NCBI GenBank assembly: GCA_038087875.1
Contig: CM075985.1
Coordinates: 27,404,001 to 27,468,000 of the forward strand
Reading direction: 5' to 3'
DNA from: Malacoraja senta
Taxonomy: Eukaryota
DNA: 64,000 bases
How positions within the stretch are numbered: the stretch's first letter is position 1; each line of letters opens with the position of its first letter. Below, in pieces: positions 26,698-39,293 of this stretch. The notes beneath the pieces were generated by a model that was not told the DNA's origin, made no database searches, and saw only the letters and a list, made by a program, of their open reading frames with translations. The position numbers and the translations under genes were made by a program.

Positions 26698-27016
26698 GTG
26701 CTGTTTAGAATTTATTCAAATATGTCACAATCATTTTACAATTTTTTAAAACAATACTTTTAGGTTAGACTAAGTTTCAGTTCTTAAATATAAAAATCAT
26801 AATAATCAATTCATTATGCAATTCATTACACATTATACTCAGTTAAAGTATCTATATATTTTTATAAATCTTCATAAAAAATTCATGCTTATATTGTCAT
26901 TTGTTGGAGATTTGTCCATATTTAGAATGGAGATACATTTTATTGTTGTCAAGATCTCCTGGATTTACAACATTCCTGTTTATCTTGATGGTCATTTTTA
27001 CTTCTCGCTGCTTTAG

Positions 27017-27158
27017 GTTGCTATGCCAAGTGCCCAGATAATGCTCCTTACTTGGATGAAAATATTATGAAATGTGTTACACTACGACAGTGCACATGTT
27101 ATAATGATGGGAGAATACTACAACCTAGTGAAACAACAATAAGTGATTGTGAAGAATG
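27017..27158 (+). CDS. Mucin exon, TIL3/E3 ([21 protein letters not shown])
   Basis: tttag / gtaaag, phase 1-2. Confidence 0.91.
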
Positions 27159-27977
27159 GTAAAGTAGTCATATCAGTAAATGTATTTAGCACTGTTCTAA
27201 TATTGAAAGAAAAAAACAAGATAAATGCCAAAAAATTGGTTATACAAATATTCCCTTAATAATGCCATAAATAATTTTTGAGGTTTAAATAGCGACATTA
27301 GCTATTTTAATAATTGAAATACAAAATGCAGTCTAGGATAATTTCACACCTGAACAAAGGCCAAAATAATTGTATTCAAATTCCTTCCCACCCACCACCC
27401 TCCCTCCCTCACCTACTTCAGTGACTTTAATCCACAGTTTGCAGTTATATTCATTTTCTGTTCCTTCTGCAAAAAGTTCTTCATTTTCTTTATTCTCTCT
27501 GTCCAACAATAATCAGTGACTATTCTATCTGAGAGTCCATCCCTTAATAATTATTCTTCATTATTACACTATATTGTAATATTTGTTGTGAATTATGAAC
27601 ATTAAGTGAAGGCTATTGCTCCTTTAAAGGTTAACTTCTCCATGAGTTGCAACAATAAAGTGTAGGTGGTCTGTGATTACCCATGAATAAACCAACAAAA
27701 TGTATTAAAGCTTCTTATGTCTCATTCTGCTATTAGTAAAGAATCTATTACCTTGACCATACATTGCCTCCATTACATTTATAAATCCTCCTGTGGACTA
27801 TGGTTTTTGGTGGTGATTTCAGAGCTAACAGAGTTTTTACCTTTCCAATTCTTGCTTTGTATCTATTTGTTGTCCATCTTTCCAGAGAGGTTGAACCATT
27901 GCAACACAATATGTCTTTAGACTAGTTTGTAGTTCTTTAGTTTGTTTTATTTGTAACATCTTTCTTTTTGTTGACAG

Positions 27978-28009
27978 TACATGCCATAATGGAATCACTA
28001 CTTGCCAAA
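27978..28009 (+). CDS. Mucin micro-exon, E3 end (TCHNGITTCQ)
   Basis: gacag / gtaagt, phase 2-1. Confidence 0.85.
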
Positions 28010-28189
28010 GTAAGTAATAACTTTCAGCATTCACCTGTTAAAAGAATGCATATTTGTAATTAATTATTGTTTTTCGATAAAGGAGAATGTTTGCTTATTT
28101 GCAGTACAATATTAATAGTATCAGCAGTTGTAGTTATATCTTCAGTTTAAATATTTCCAAAACACTACTTTTCAAATGCCAGATGTGAA

Positions 28190-28700
28190 TAATTAGCACA
28201 TCTGTAGAAGTTGGTGAGAGTTGTTGAAGACATGCCAAACTTGCTAAGCCTTCTGAGGAAGTAGAGGCATTGGTGTGCTTTCATGGCCTTTGCTTCAATA
28301 CGGCTAGTTCAGGACAAGTTGCTGGTGATATTTACTGCTAGGAACTTGAAGCTTTCAACCATCTCTATTTTGGCACTGTCAATGTATGCGTAGCACTTCG
28401 CCTGAATTCTGAAGTTGATCACTATCTCCTTTGTCTTGTTGACATTGAGAGAAAGGTTATTAACGTGACACCAGGTTACAAGGTTCTCAATGTCCTTCCT
28501 GTACTCCGTTTCATCATTATTTTGGTATCCGTGCCACTATGGTGGTGTCACCCATGAATTTGTAAATTGAGTTAAATTTGTACGAGGCTGCACAATCGTG
28601 GTGAATAAGGAGTAATGAAGGGAGCTGAGAACACATTCTTGCGGAGCACCCATATTGGGTATTATTGTAGAGGATGATTTGTCACCTACAACTTGTACTG
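28190..28700 (-). mobile_element. Rex1/L2-like LINE RT remnant
   Basis: GAPQECVLSSLHYSLFT motif. Confidence 0.7.
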
Positions 28701-29912
28701 AAGTTATAGCAAAGCTAAGAAACACTCATGCATGCAGGCGAAATGTACCCAACATTGATGACCCCTGCATTATAGAGTGATTGCATTTGCTGTAATCGTG
28801 ATTTTCTGCAACACAATCTCCTTTTCCTCTTGAATCCCACGTTATAAGTGGAGAATGTTTTTCTCTCATTTTAAACCAATTTATCAATGATGACAAGAGA
28901 AGCCACCATTCTTATTTAACATTTGAGACCAACATTAGACCCAGATGAAACAACAAGTCACTCAATATTGTATGGCAATAAGATTTGAACATGAGTCATT
29001 TTGTTGATTGGGTTAGGAGTCCCAGCTGAGGCGCCCACCTTTGTCATGCTCCCTCCAGTCCTATGATATGTGAACTCGTGTCTCAGACCGTAGCACTGCC
29101 GGGGATTAATTTGAAAGTCGTACTGTCTGATGCACAAGGCTCGCTGAACATGAAAGGGTTTACTAAGTGGGTTTATTTGGGAAAGGAATGGAATTCAAGG
29201 GTTGGGATTCATGGGAGAAAAGTGACGTAGAAGGAATTAATGGGGCAACACAGTGCTGTCTAAGTGAAGTCTGCTCACCTCCCTGTGACCACGTGGCTTT
29301 CCTCCGTGTCCTCCTACATCTCAAAGATGGGGGGTTTGCCTCTGTAAGTTGCTCCTAATGTGTAGGGAACAAATGAAAAAGTGGTATAACATAGAACTAA
29401 TGTTAATGGGTAATCGATGGTCAGCGTGGACTCGGTGAGCCGAAATGCCTGTTTCCATGCTGTATCTTTAAACTAAACGAATGAGTTAAAGCTCGGTGGC
29501 TGGGAGAAGTGGAGTAAACACTGAGGGATTACTTTAAGGAGATGGCCAGGGCTACTGCGACTCCCCACATTGCACTCACGGGTGAAGATCGCAGCAACAC
29601 TGCACTCTGAGACATCTGTTTATGTGTTTTTGGTCTGCAGAAGACATGGCTGTGACTGCCAACCCAATTGACACAGTGACAAAACATAACATTTGTTGTT
29701 TTGTTTGAATTTCTATATATATATTTATTTGTTTATTTTCCATTTTGGTAAGTGCAAATTTTAATCTATCTCAAATGTTTTGGTAGTTGATTACGAAATG
29801 GATAAGGGCAAATTTCTATTACTTAAATGACAGTAGCATGGTTGTTGCCTTGAGGAAATATCAGAAATAGATAAGGACTGAAGTTTTATTATGTACGTGT
29901 TCATAACAACAG

Positions 29913-30005
29913 GAATAAAGACCACAACTGTTCCATCTACAACACTGTTGACCACAACTCCACTTACATCAACTTCAACAATTTCTTCACCAATCACTAG
30001 CCCAG
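29913..30005 (+). CDS. First PTS exon (IKTTTVPSTTLLTTTPLTSTSTISSPITSP)
   Basis: aacag / gtaagg, 93 nt, phase 1-1. Confidence 0.85.
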
Positions 30006-31807
30006 GTAAGGTGATATTAGTTACAGGTTATGGCATGTAATATTTACAACATGGTAAGAACAGATTTCGAAAGATCAGAATTGAAACTGGACATTGGTAT
30101 GTCTGTACTTTTGGACATAAATGGGGTTCATAAGCAGGTTATCACTTTCCAACACGTTTCATGATGTTGACGATCAGTACCTTTAATCTGCATACTGCCC
30201 CTGGGTCTCAAAGAGATGACAAACATTGTGTAAAAAGGGCAAATGAGAGTCTCTCCTGGCTCCACAAGGCAAATGTATGATTCTGTCAAGTAGGTCTCAT
30301 CTCCATTCACATTCACAGCTCCTGCCTCATAGGAACAAGCCCAAAGCAACTGTAGGTGTAAGAGGCAATTTGTATGGATAAAGTCTGAGCTTTGGCTCAT
30401 GTTTTAAACTTGCTTGTGAAAAGCACATAAGGTCAGGGTTTCATGTTGCCAGCTTGGCTAAATGTTGATAAGAATAATGAATGTATATCGGGAACATCCT
30501 CACATAGAACAGTACAGCACAATAACAGGCCTTTTGATTCACACGATGCTCGGTTCAACTAATCTCCTCTGCCTGCAACTAATCTCTGCCTGCACAATTC
30601 ACCATTTTGTGGCTGGGCAATGTTTAGAGAGTGTGGTAGGTGTTGAGTGCCTGACCCACTGCTGAGGGTGGTGATGGAGGCAGATACAATTGTGGTGTTT
30701 AAGATTCTTTTGGATAGGCACCTGGATATGCAGGAAATGGAGGGTATGGATTATGTACTGGCAGATAAGGATTGGTCTTGGTATCATTGTTCAGCACAGA
30801 CATAGTGGGTTGATGGACCCGTACCTGTGCTGTATTGTTCTATGCTCTTTTTGAGTAAAATTGACAACCGAATATAATGTCTGTTTAATTATATTTAGCA
30901 ATTCTAAAACTGTTTTTTTTTTAAAGGGGTTAGTAAGATGGATTTTTCAGAAAGCATATTCAGAGAAATGTAAATTTTAGTTTTAAATATTCATCAGTTT
31001 TAACTTTGGGTTTTGTGTTATTTCAGTGGGGACCTACATTTCTGAGTGGCAGAAATCAGCCAATGCCCAGCCCCATCCACACTAGTACCACCTCTGCATT
31101 TGCCCATTTCCTTCTAAACCTATCCTATCTATGTACCTATCCAAATGTTTCTTAATATATTTTTTTAATTTTTACTTTTATTTGGGGTTTTTTAACTGTC
31201 AGTAACATCATCTCAGACTAATGCCATGACATTCTCCTTAATCAATAAGGCAACCCCTCTTCTACCATTTTGCTATTTTGGGAGAACTGCATGATTCTAT
31301 GACTAAATGTTGGATCTCAATGAAAATATGAAGTAAAACAGATGTGAGATCAAACTGGCTTTCTGCAATGTAAAGTTCATGAAATGATTTGTGATGCATG
31401 CCTTCTGTATACATTGTGGCCAATGATCTACCAGATACATACTAAAAAAGGGGTCCCAGGGTAATTGGCAAAAGAACCAAGGGCAAAATTAAAATATAAA
31501 TGACCTTAAACACAAATTTGCAATAATTTGGAATGTGCTGTTGGAAAGATATATTTTATGAGCAGATTCAAGTTTGCCTTTTAAAATGAAATTACAAAGT
31601 CTGATAATTACCTAAAACCTGCTGAATTTAATGTACTACCCAATGTCTTTGGTCTCCACTAATACCCTGACCCTTTAATCTGCAACAATGCTTAAATATA
31701 GTACCACTCGTGTGGCAACAGACGTTTATTTGCCTTGCTCGTACGCCACAATTTCTCGTCAGCAGTTCATGGGATGTTATCTCGTTTCAAAGACTTGATA
31801 TTCAAAC

Positions 31808-32085
31808 AGTGCAGCAACTGTAGGGTTGCTGCCTTACAATGCCAGAGACCCGGGTTCCATCCAGACAATGGGTGCAGTCTGTACGGAGATTGTACTTCCT
31901 CCCTGTGAGCGCATGGGTTTTCTCCTGGTGCTCCGATTTCCACTCCACTTTCCTAAGACTGCAGGTTAATTGGTTACTGTAAAAATTTCCCCTAGCTCAC
32001 AGAATAAAACTAGTGTATGGGGGATTGATGGACGTGCAGACTCGGTAGGCTGAAGGGCCTCTGTCTACGCTGTATATCTAAACCT
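31808..32085 (+). mobile_element. V-SINE-like SINE (another degenerate copy at ~29255-29480)
   Basis: Similar to 7826-8110. Confidence 0.7.
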
Positions 32086-32338
32086 ACACTAGAATGGTGC
32101 TTTGATACACCACAAAGGAAGGACAGTAATGCCCAAAGTAGGTCCAGAAGTCTAAGTTGAAACACATACAAATATTACCACTGAATGTAGTGTCGGTTGT
32201 AAATTTGCAGTGATTTGTTGACATTATTTTGCACAATCTATTTTAAGTTTATGCATTATATGCTGATTTTGTTACCACTCTCCCAAATGTGTCATTCTTC
32301 AAGTTGAATGTAAAGGCCGTGTATGCATTTGCTTACAG

Positions 32339-32407
32339 AAAAAACAACAACAACAACAACAACAACAGTGAGGACCACAACAGAATCTACCACCAGTCCC
32401 ACAACTG
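32339..32407 (+). CDS. PTS micro-exon (EKTTTTTTTTVRTTTESTTSPTT)
   Basis: tacag / gtgagt, 69 nt. Confidence 0.85.
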
Positions 32408-32632
32408 GTGAGTGATAACTTCTCGCAATGTACACTCATGGGGTTTTATATAACAGCTAAGCGCATATACATCACATACTTGTGTTCAGTAACAGGCCTT
32501 TCTCCTCCTTGCTTCAAGTCTTGCAATTTCTGCTCAGTAGCTCATGATCCCATTTCAGAATCATTATAGATGGTTCTCTGGTGTCGGATAGGAATAGTGC
32601 AGCACTGCCAAGACTGTGTTATTCTGCCATAG

Positions 32633-32687
32633 TTTTTTACAACTGTCCCCACGACTACAACTGAGTCTACCACCGGCCCCACAACTG
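32633..32687 (+). pseudogene. Truncated remnant resembling the 3' tail of a CysD exon
   Basis: Matches CysD-exon tail and donor context; nearest AG gives 55 nt, which would shift frame. Confidence 0.5.
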
Positions 32688-33081
32688 GTGAGTGACGCCT
32701 TCTCTCAGTACTTGTTAAAAGACATTTTAATGCAACTATGCTTAAATACAATACCACTTGCGAGTTGTAACTGCCTTGCTTTGTGCGCCATAATTTCACC
32801 TCAGCAGTTCATGAGATATCATCGCATTTCAAAGTCACCAGATCCAAACAAGAATGGAGATTTATTGCAGCACAAAGGAAAGCCAGTAATGCCTAATATA
32901 TGTCCCGCTTAATCTGGAGTTGAAACACTTACAAATATTACTGCTGAATGTAGTGTTGTAATGATATTGTTGATATTATATTTATTTTAATTTATACAAT
33001 GTATGCTGAGTTTGTTACTACTCTCTCAAGTGTGTTATTCTTCGAGTTGAATGTAAGAGCCGTGTATGCATTTGTTTACAG

Positions 33082-33135
33082 AAGAAACAACGACATCCAC
33101 AACCACAACAGAATCTACCACCTCTCCCACAACTG
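33082..33135 (+). CDS. PTS micro-exon with GC donor (EETTTSTTTTESTTSPTT)
   Basis: tacag / GCaagt, 54 nt. Confidence 0.6.
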
Positions 33136-33826
33136 GCAAGTGATAACTTCTCTCAATGTACACTCGTGGATTTTATATAACAGCTGAGTTCATACTCATC
33201 ACACACTCGTGTTCTGTAACAGGACTTTCTCCTCCCTGCTTCAAGTCTCAAAATTTCAGCCCAGTACCTCGTGATTACAATTCAGAATCCGTGGGTTCAG
33301 TTTGGATGGTCCTCTGGCGCAGGGTAGTATATACTGCAGCGCTGCCAATACTGTGCAATACATTTCAGCTTACCATATTTCACTACAATGTTTACTGAAA
33401 GTCCTCTGCATGATGGTCAAAATGGAGAGGTGCAAGAGAAAGTTTTGATGAGACTTCATAACCAGAAGGTTTTGTAAATGTAAGCATACAACTGAAATCT
33501 GAGACAGCATAATGGAGAGAGATTAAAAATCAAATGTGATATACAAAACCAGCTGATCATCTGAAACAGTTAAATTTACTCTTGGGTCCTAAAGCCATAT
33601 GCGTAGTTGGAAGATGAGGCACTGTACCTTACACTGAATACTGAACTTTATTGGAACTGTGTTGGAGATACAAAATGGATATGTAGGGAACATTTAAATG
33701 ACAGACACTTTAATTCTCATAATTAATATACACTACGGTAAATCTGTTTTGGTCCCCACTCTGCTGTGGACCTACCCTTCCCTTTTCTTATATACTCACT
33801 GCCATTCCTGATAATTTTTAGATTTT

Positions 33827-34466
33827 ACTAAACCAAGCACGGACCCGTTGGGCCCGAATACCCCAACGCTAAATTACTACTAACCTGTTCCCATTGTGAC
33901 GCGAGTCAAAATGGCGATCTCAAAATGGCGGCAGGCCCGGTAAGCTTTCCCCAACTGCGTAAGCGCAGATACCTGGCCCAGTGCGCAGGCGCAACTGCGG
34001 TGGTCAACGTTGTGCCGTTGATGGCAGAATTTCAGTTAAAGTTAATAAAGAAATAGAGGCCCATTGGAGGTGTTTGTAAAATAGGAAACTTACCCGTGGA
34101 GCCGCTGGGTCCCTGTTGTGACGCCAGGAAAGTACACGCGAAAAATAAAAGTGGCGATCTGAAAATTAGCAAAGGCCCCAGCTGCACAGGCATGGCTGAG
34201 GAACCGTTGAGTGCCATTGGTGACGCCAATCAAGTAAAGACAGCAAGTGGGGGGCATTGTTTGAATTTTAATTGTCAATAACTTGTAAAATATAACGTCA
34301 ATCTGAAGGGAAATTGATACTGCACATCACAGGACAATGGTGAGTAAGGTGGGCCAAAAATTGTAGCGCTATCGTGTATCGTTTTGGCTGTATTTCAGGC
34401 ACGCACACACATCGAAACAAACAAATAAACAAGATGAGAGATTTAGTGGTATATATAGATAGATAG
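33827..34466 (+). mobile_element. ~640-bp insertion without TSD; candidate non-autonomous Helitron/Helentron
   Basis: Absent from paralogous site at ~59226-59240; 5' subterminal hairpin; 3' end tatatagat(agat). Confidence 0.6.
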
Positions 34467-34798
34467 ATTTGTTTCTTTGCAGTAACACTTTTTCCAGACA
34501 TACCCCTTGTTCTTTCTTCTCCTTTCCTTCCATCTTTCAGTCACCATTTGGGTCACTCAATCTCCCCTGCTCTTTACATCCTCCCCTATTTCTCTGCACC
34601 GTAAATTTTGTTTCATTCTAAATTTTCCAGTACTTATCAAATATAATCATTCTCAAATGTTAATTCTTAACAGATGCTGCTTGACCTACCAAGTACTTCC
34701 AGTAGTTTCTGCTTTCATTTTTCTTATGTCTGAAATCTGCTTGAGTAGTATAAGAATTGAGTTGACTTTGTGATTTGAATTTGTTTGTTATTTTCCAG

Positions 34799-34843
34799 AA
34801 GAAGCATCAACTGTGACATCAACCAGCATTCCTTCCACAACAG
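34799..34843 (+). CDS. PTS micro-exon type H (EEASTVTSTSIPSTT)
   Basis: tccag / gtaagt, 45 nt. Confidence 0.82.
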
Positions 34844-36789
34844 GTAAGTGTTGGCTTTTTCAATATATATTTATTTTGCAACCTCAACTCATCACAATGA
34901 AAATCCATTTGTTTTCTTCTCTACCTTTTTGGTATACTCTCACAGGAGGTTATTGTCAAACATATTAAGTACAAACTGTTGCAAATTCTTTTAATAGATA
35001 AATTGAAACAATTTTCTTTTACTAAAAGGTATTAAAATCAGCAGAGGTTTTTAATGTGGGTGGCACCTGCTGATTCTATCAAAATACAGTTCATGCTTCT
35101 TTCTAGGTGCCTGTGCTAATATTATTTAGATTGCCATTATATATGTCTATAATCAATTATTCCTGATGTATTTTGCTTCAAACTGATAAAGTTGCCCATT
35201 TGAGGAACTTCACAACAATCATTCATTAATTTGGTCCAGCTTTTGAATGCCTCCATTTTTCTTCAAAATAAATACTTACTGCAATGGCAGTATTGACAAC
35301 TCCATTACTTTTCTAAACCACAGTTGTAATTTCTCCATGGGCAAACATTGGCTCAGACCTTATCCGTTTTCCCCATTTTTAATTTTATAAGTAAAATGTT
35401 CGGTCGCATACGTGCACGATGCCTTACAATGCTATGTACGACAGTGATCGCAACTTCTACGTGTGGATGGCCATTGGCTCGCTAGGAGCTCATCTGCCCT
35501 TTGACAAGTCTTGTTTTTGGTCCTGCAGGGGGTTCACTGCCCACTCCTCACCTGGCAAATCAGGTGGGGGAGACGGTTTAGTCGCCGACTATCCGACCAT
35601 GGAGCAGGTAGCACGGGATTTCATGGTACCCGTGGCGGGGGGTAATCCCCCCTATCTTCTCTGCCATTTTGATATATTAGACCCTGTTCCCTGTTCCCTG
35701 TTCCCCATTTTTACTTTCATAAGTAAAATGTTCGGTCGCTCACAATGGCAGCTACTTTTAACATCATGCAGGAATTTGAACTCACTTCTTTATAAGAATA
35801 TGATAGGTAACTTCTTTATTTGGGCATGCGAGGAGGCTGTTTGGCCCATTGGGTCCTTTTCAACTTCCAACAGTACAATGTCATGTCCCCTGCTTATTTC
35901 CCTGTAACTCTACAACATATTCTCTCCCACATCCACTCTCCTTTGATTCTTTTGGTATTGGTCTATACAAAGGGATAATTTACAATAGCCAATTAATCTA
36001 CCAGTATGTCTCTGGGTGACAGGAGGAACCCAAGGAAGTACAGGGAGCCAATATAAGCTCCATAAAAACAGCACCTTATATCAGGATTGAACTTGGATCT
36101 CTCAAGCTTTCAGGCAAAGGCGAGGCACAGCCTTCCACAGCTTATTGAGAGTGGTCTTCTTTTCATTATAATCTCTTTCCTGCTTTAACTCTTGGTTCTG
36201 TTTTATGAATTGACAGCAAACGTGTTCCTTTATCATATATTATCCTGGAGCAGCTACCATTTTGCCATTTCCCTCTTGCCCACCAATTAATCTCTTTCTG
36301 CATATATGGTATATATTTTCGCCATATACAGTAGGTAGCATGTTTAAAGGTAATATGGTGAGGCAGCGCAACTACTCCAATAATGTTCTTCAATAGCATG
36401 CTGAGGCCAACCCATCAAAGTGGAAAGAATATCTGGCTGTTAAAATCATGCAATTGTTAGTGCACAGCTGCAGTCAGCTGCCTGATAAGTGACATCTCAC
36501 ATTTGTGCTTTATGCTTTTTCCCCATTGTTCTGTTCTGCACTGGCAATGACTGTTTCCCTATCTGATACTTGAGGTTGTATCTCAATTCAGATCAATCAA
36601 CAGTTCCCCAAACATATTGTTATTATTCCCATTTTACTGTTCCCATTTTCATTTAAACTGTAATTTGGAAGATTCATTTTGATGCACAACCATGTTTCTC
36701 AAATCTTGTTTTTTATATTTATGTTTAGTTTTTCCACTTTGTATTGTTTTATACAAGTTTGCCTTATGTTTTCTTTCTTTACATTACAG

Positions 36790-37131
36790 GCCCATTCTGT
36801 TTGGGTGTATGGTCTCCTTGGTCTAATGAACATACACCAAAACCGTCATCTCCAAATGATTATGAATTGTTGAAACCATATGGCACTAAATTGTGCCCAT
36901 CTTCTTCTGATAAAATTACTAATATTCAGTGCCAATTTGCCGACCATCCTCAATGGCCACTAAGTTTATCGCCAGATCTTGTGACCTGCAATAAAGTCAT
37001 AGGATTGATCTGCAAGTTCTCTGGATATCCTTTAGGCCAATTTTGTAGTGACTACAGAATTAGAGTTTGCTGCGAGCCAACTGAGACTACAACTGTCCCC
37101 ACGATTACAACTACCACCAGTCCCACGATTG
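36790..37131 (+). CDS. CysD (WxxW) exon plus Thr tail, unit 1
   Basis: tacag / gtgagt, 342 nt, phase 1-1; WSPW...DYE...CSDYRIRVCC. Confidence 0.92.
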
Positions 37132-37398
37132 GTGAGTGATACCTTCTCCAGTACTTGTTAACAGTCATTTTAAAGGAAGGACAACAATGTCCAAAGTATG
37201 TCCAGCTTGTGCTGGAATTGAACCAAATACAAATGTTACTGCTGAATGTCGCGATGATTATAAATTTGCAGTGACTTGTGTTGAAGTTATTCCACAACAT
37301 CGTTTAATTTATGCAATATATGCTGATTTTGTTACTATTCTCCCAAATGTGCCTTTCTTGAAGTTGGATATAAAGAACATGTATGCATTTGTTTACAG

Positions 37399-37458
37399 AA
37401 GAAACAACAACAACAACAGCCACGACCACCACAGAATCTACCACCAGTCCGACAACTG
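37399..37458 (+). CDS. PTS micro-exon A1, unit 1
   Basis: tacag / gtaagt, 60 nt. Confidence 0.85.
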
Positions 37459-37590
37459 GTAAGTGATAACTTCTCTCAATGTACACTCATGTTTTTTTGT
37501 TATCACAGCTGAGCTCATACACTCATGTTCCCATCCTTGCTTCAAGTTTCGCAATTTCATGATCCCATTTTAGAGTCTGTGGGTTCAGTC

Positions 37591-38340
37591 CACTATCCAC
37601 TCTACTAGTTACATCCTCGAAAAATTCTATAAGATTCGTCAGACATGATTTACCTTTCGTAAATCCATGCTGACTTTGTCCAATGATTTCACCACTTTTC
37701 AAATGTGCTGCTATCCCATCTTTAATAACTGACTCTAACAGTTTCCCCACTACCGATGTTAGACTAACTGGTCTGTAATTCCCCGTTTTCTCTCTCCCTC
37801 CCTTTTTAAAAAGTGGATTTACATTAGCTACTCTCCAATCCTCAGGAACTACTCCAGAATCTAAAGAGTTTTGAAAAATTATCACTAATGCATCCACTAT
37901 TTCTGGAGCTACTTCCTTAAGTACTCTGGGATGCAGCCTATCTGGCCCTGGGGATTTATCGGCCTTTAATCCATTCAATTTACCTAACACCACTTGGCGG
38001 CTCACCTGGATTTCACTCAGTTCCTCCATCTCCTTTGACCCGCGGTCCCCTGCTATTTCCGGCAGATTATTTATGTCTTCCTTAGTGAAGACGGAACCAA
38101 AGTACTTATTCAATTGGTCCGCCATGTCCTTGTTCCCCATGATCAATTCACCTGTTTCTGACTGCAAGGGACCTACATTTGTTTTAACTAATCTCTTTCT
38201 CTTCACATATCTATAAAAACTTTTGCAGTCAGTTTTAATGTTCCCTGCCAGTTTTCTTTTATAATCTTTTTTCCCTTTCCTAATTAAGCCCTTTGTCCTC
38301 CTCTGCTGGTCTCTGAATTTCTCCCATTCCTCTGGTCGAC
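37591..38340 (-). mobile_element. Internal CR1 ORF2 fragment (copies at ~44636-45385 and ~51666-52415)
   Basis: Stop-free KSPGPD...GNYRPVSLTS...QHGF...SCLTNL; lacks both ends of the element. Confidence 0.93.
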
Positions 38341-38498
38341 TGCTGAATGTCGCGATGATTATAAATTTGCAGTGACTTGTGTTGAAGTTATTCCAAAACA
38401 TCTTTAATTTATGCAATATATGCTGATTTTGTAACTACACTCCCAAATGTGCCTTTCTTCAAGTTGAATATTAAGGACATGTATGCATTTGTTTACAG

Positions 38499-38567
38499 AA
38501 GAAACAACAACAACAACAACAACAACACCCACGACCACCACAGAATCTACCACCAGTCTGACAACTG
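38499..38567 (+). CDS. PTS micro-exon A2, unit 1
   Basis: tacag / gtaagt, 69 nt. Confidence 0.82.
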
Positions 38568-39148
38568 GTAAGTGATAACTTCTCTCAATGTACACTCATG
38601 TTTTTTTTTTATCACAGCTGAGCTCATACACTCATGTTCCCATCCTTGCTTCAAGTTCCGCAATTTCATGATTCCATTTTAGAGTCTGTGGGTTCAGTCT
38701 TGATGGTCCTCTGATGCAGGATAGAGATAGTGCAGCACTGACAATACTGTGCTATTCTGCTTGAGACTTTGAGCTGGGTTTGTGAGTGTGCTGTCGTGAC
38801 TGCGGTTTATCTTGTGGCCAATAGCAAAGAACAGAAAAATCTCTCCACTACCATGAATAATAACGATAATTACAACAACATTTCTCAGGAAATATTTTCA
38901 AGCTCTATAGTTTATACGATGAAGATATGAATAAGTAGTTTATGATGTTCCCTACATTTCAGCTGTGACCATATTTTAGTACAATTTCTTGCTGTAAGTC
39001 CTTTGCAAGATAGGAAGTAATTAAAGCAGTTTATCTCCACTTTACACAATCTCTTTTGAAATAGTCCAATTACCTGCATTTGTTGGTCATTCAAAATCTA
39101 CGATTCAACATGGATGATTTAATTGTCCATGAATTTGTTTCTCTTTAG

Positions 39149-39202
39149 AAGAAACATCTACAACAACTAGCACAACTGAGTCCACAACCACTTTCACAAC
39201 TG
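39149..39202 (+). CDS. PTS micro-exon B, unit 1
   Basis: tttag / gtgggt, 54 nt. Confidence 0.8.
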
Positions 39203-39293
39203 GTGGGTGGTGATATTTTCATTTGCAAATCTTTTTAACACAAGCTCCCCTATACATATACATATATCACATAATTCAAAACAAATGTAATGC

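Noticed and set aside
31027-31090. Possible exon after a strong tttcag acceptor
   Set aside because: The phase-1 frame hits TAG, there is no good donor, and it runs into repeat-like sequence
37523-38416. 297-aa minus-strand ORF (three copies) as a domesticated RT gene
   Set aside because: It is an internal CR1 fragment lacking the catalytic motif, with ends read from mucin intron; the copies come from the tandem amplification
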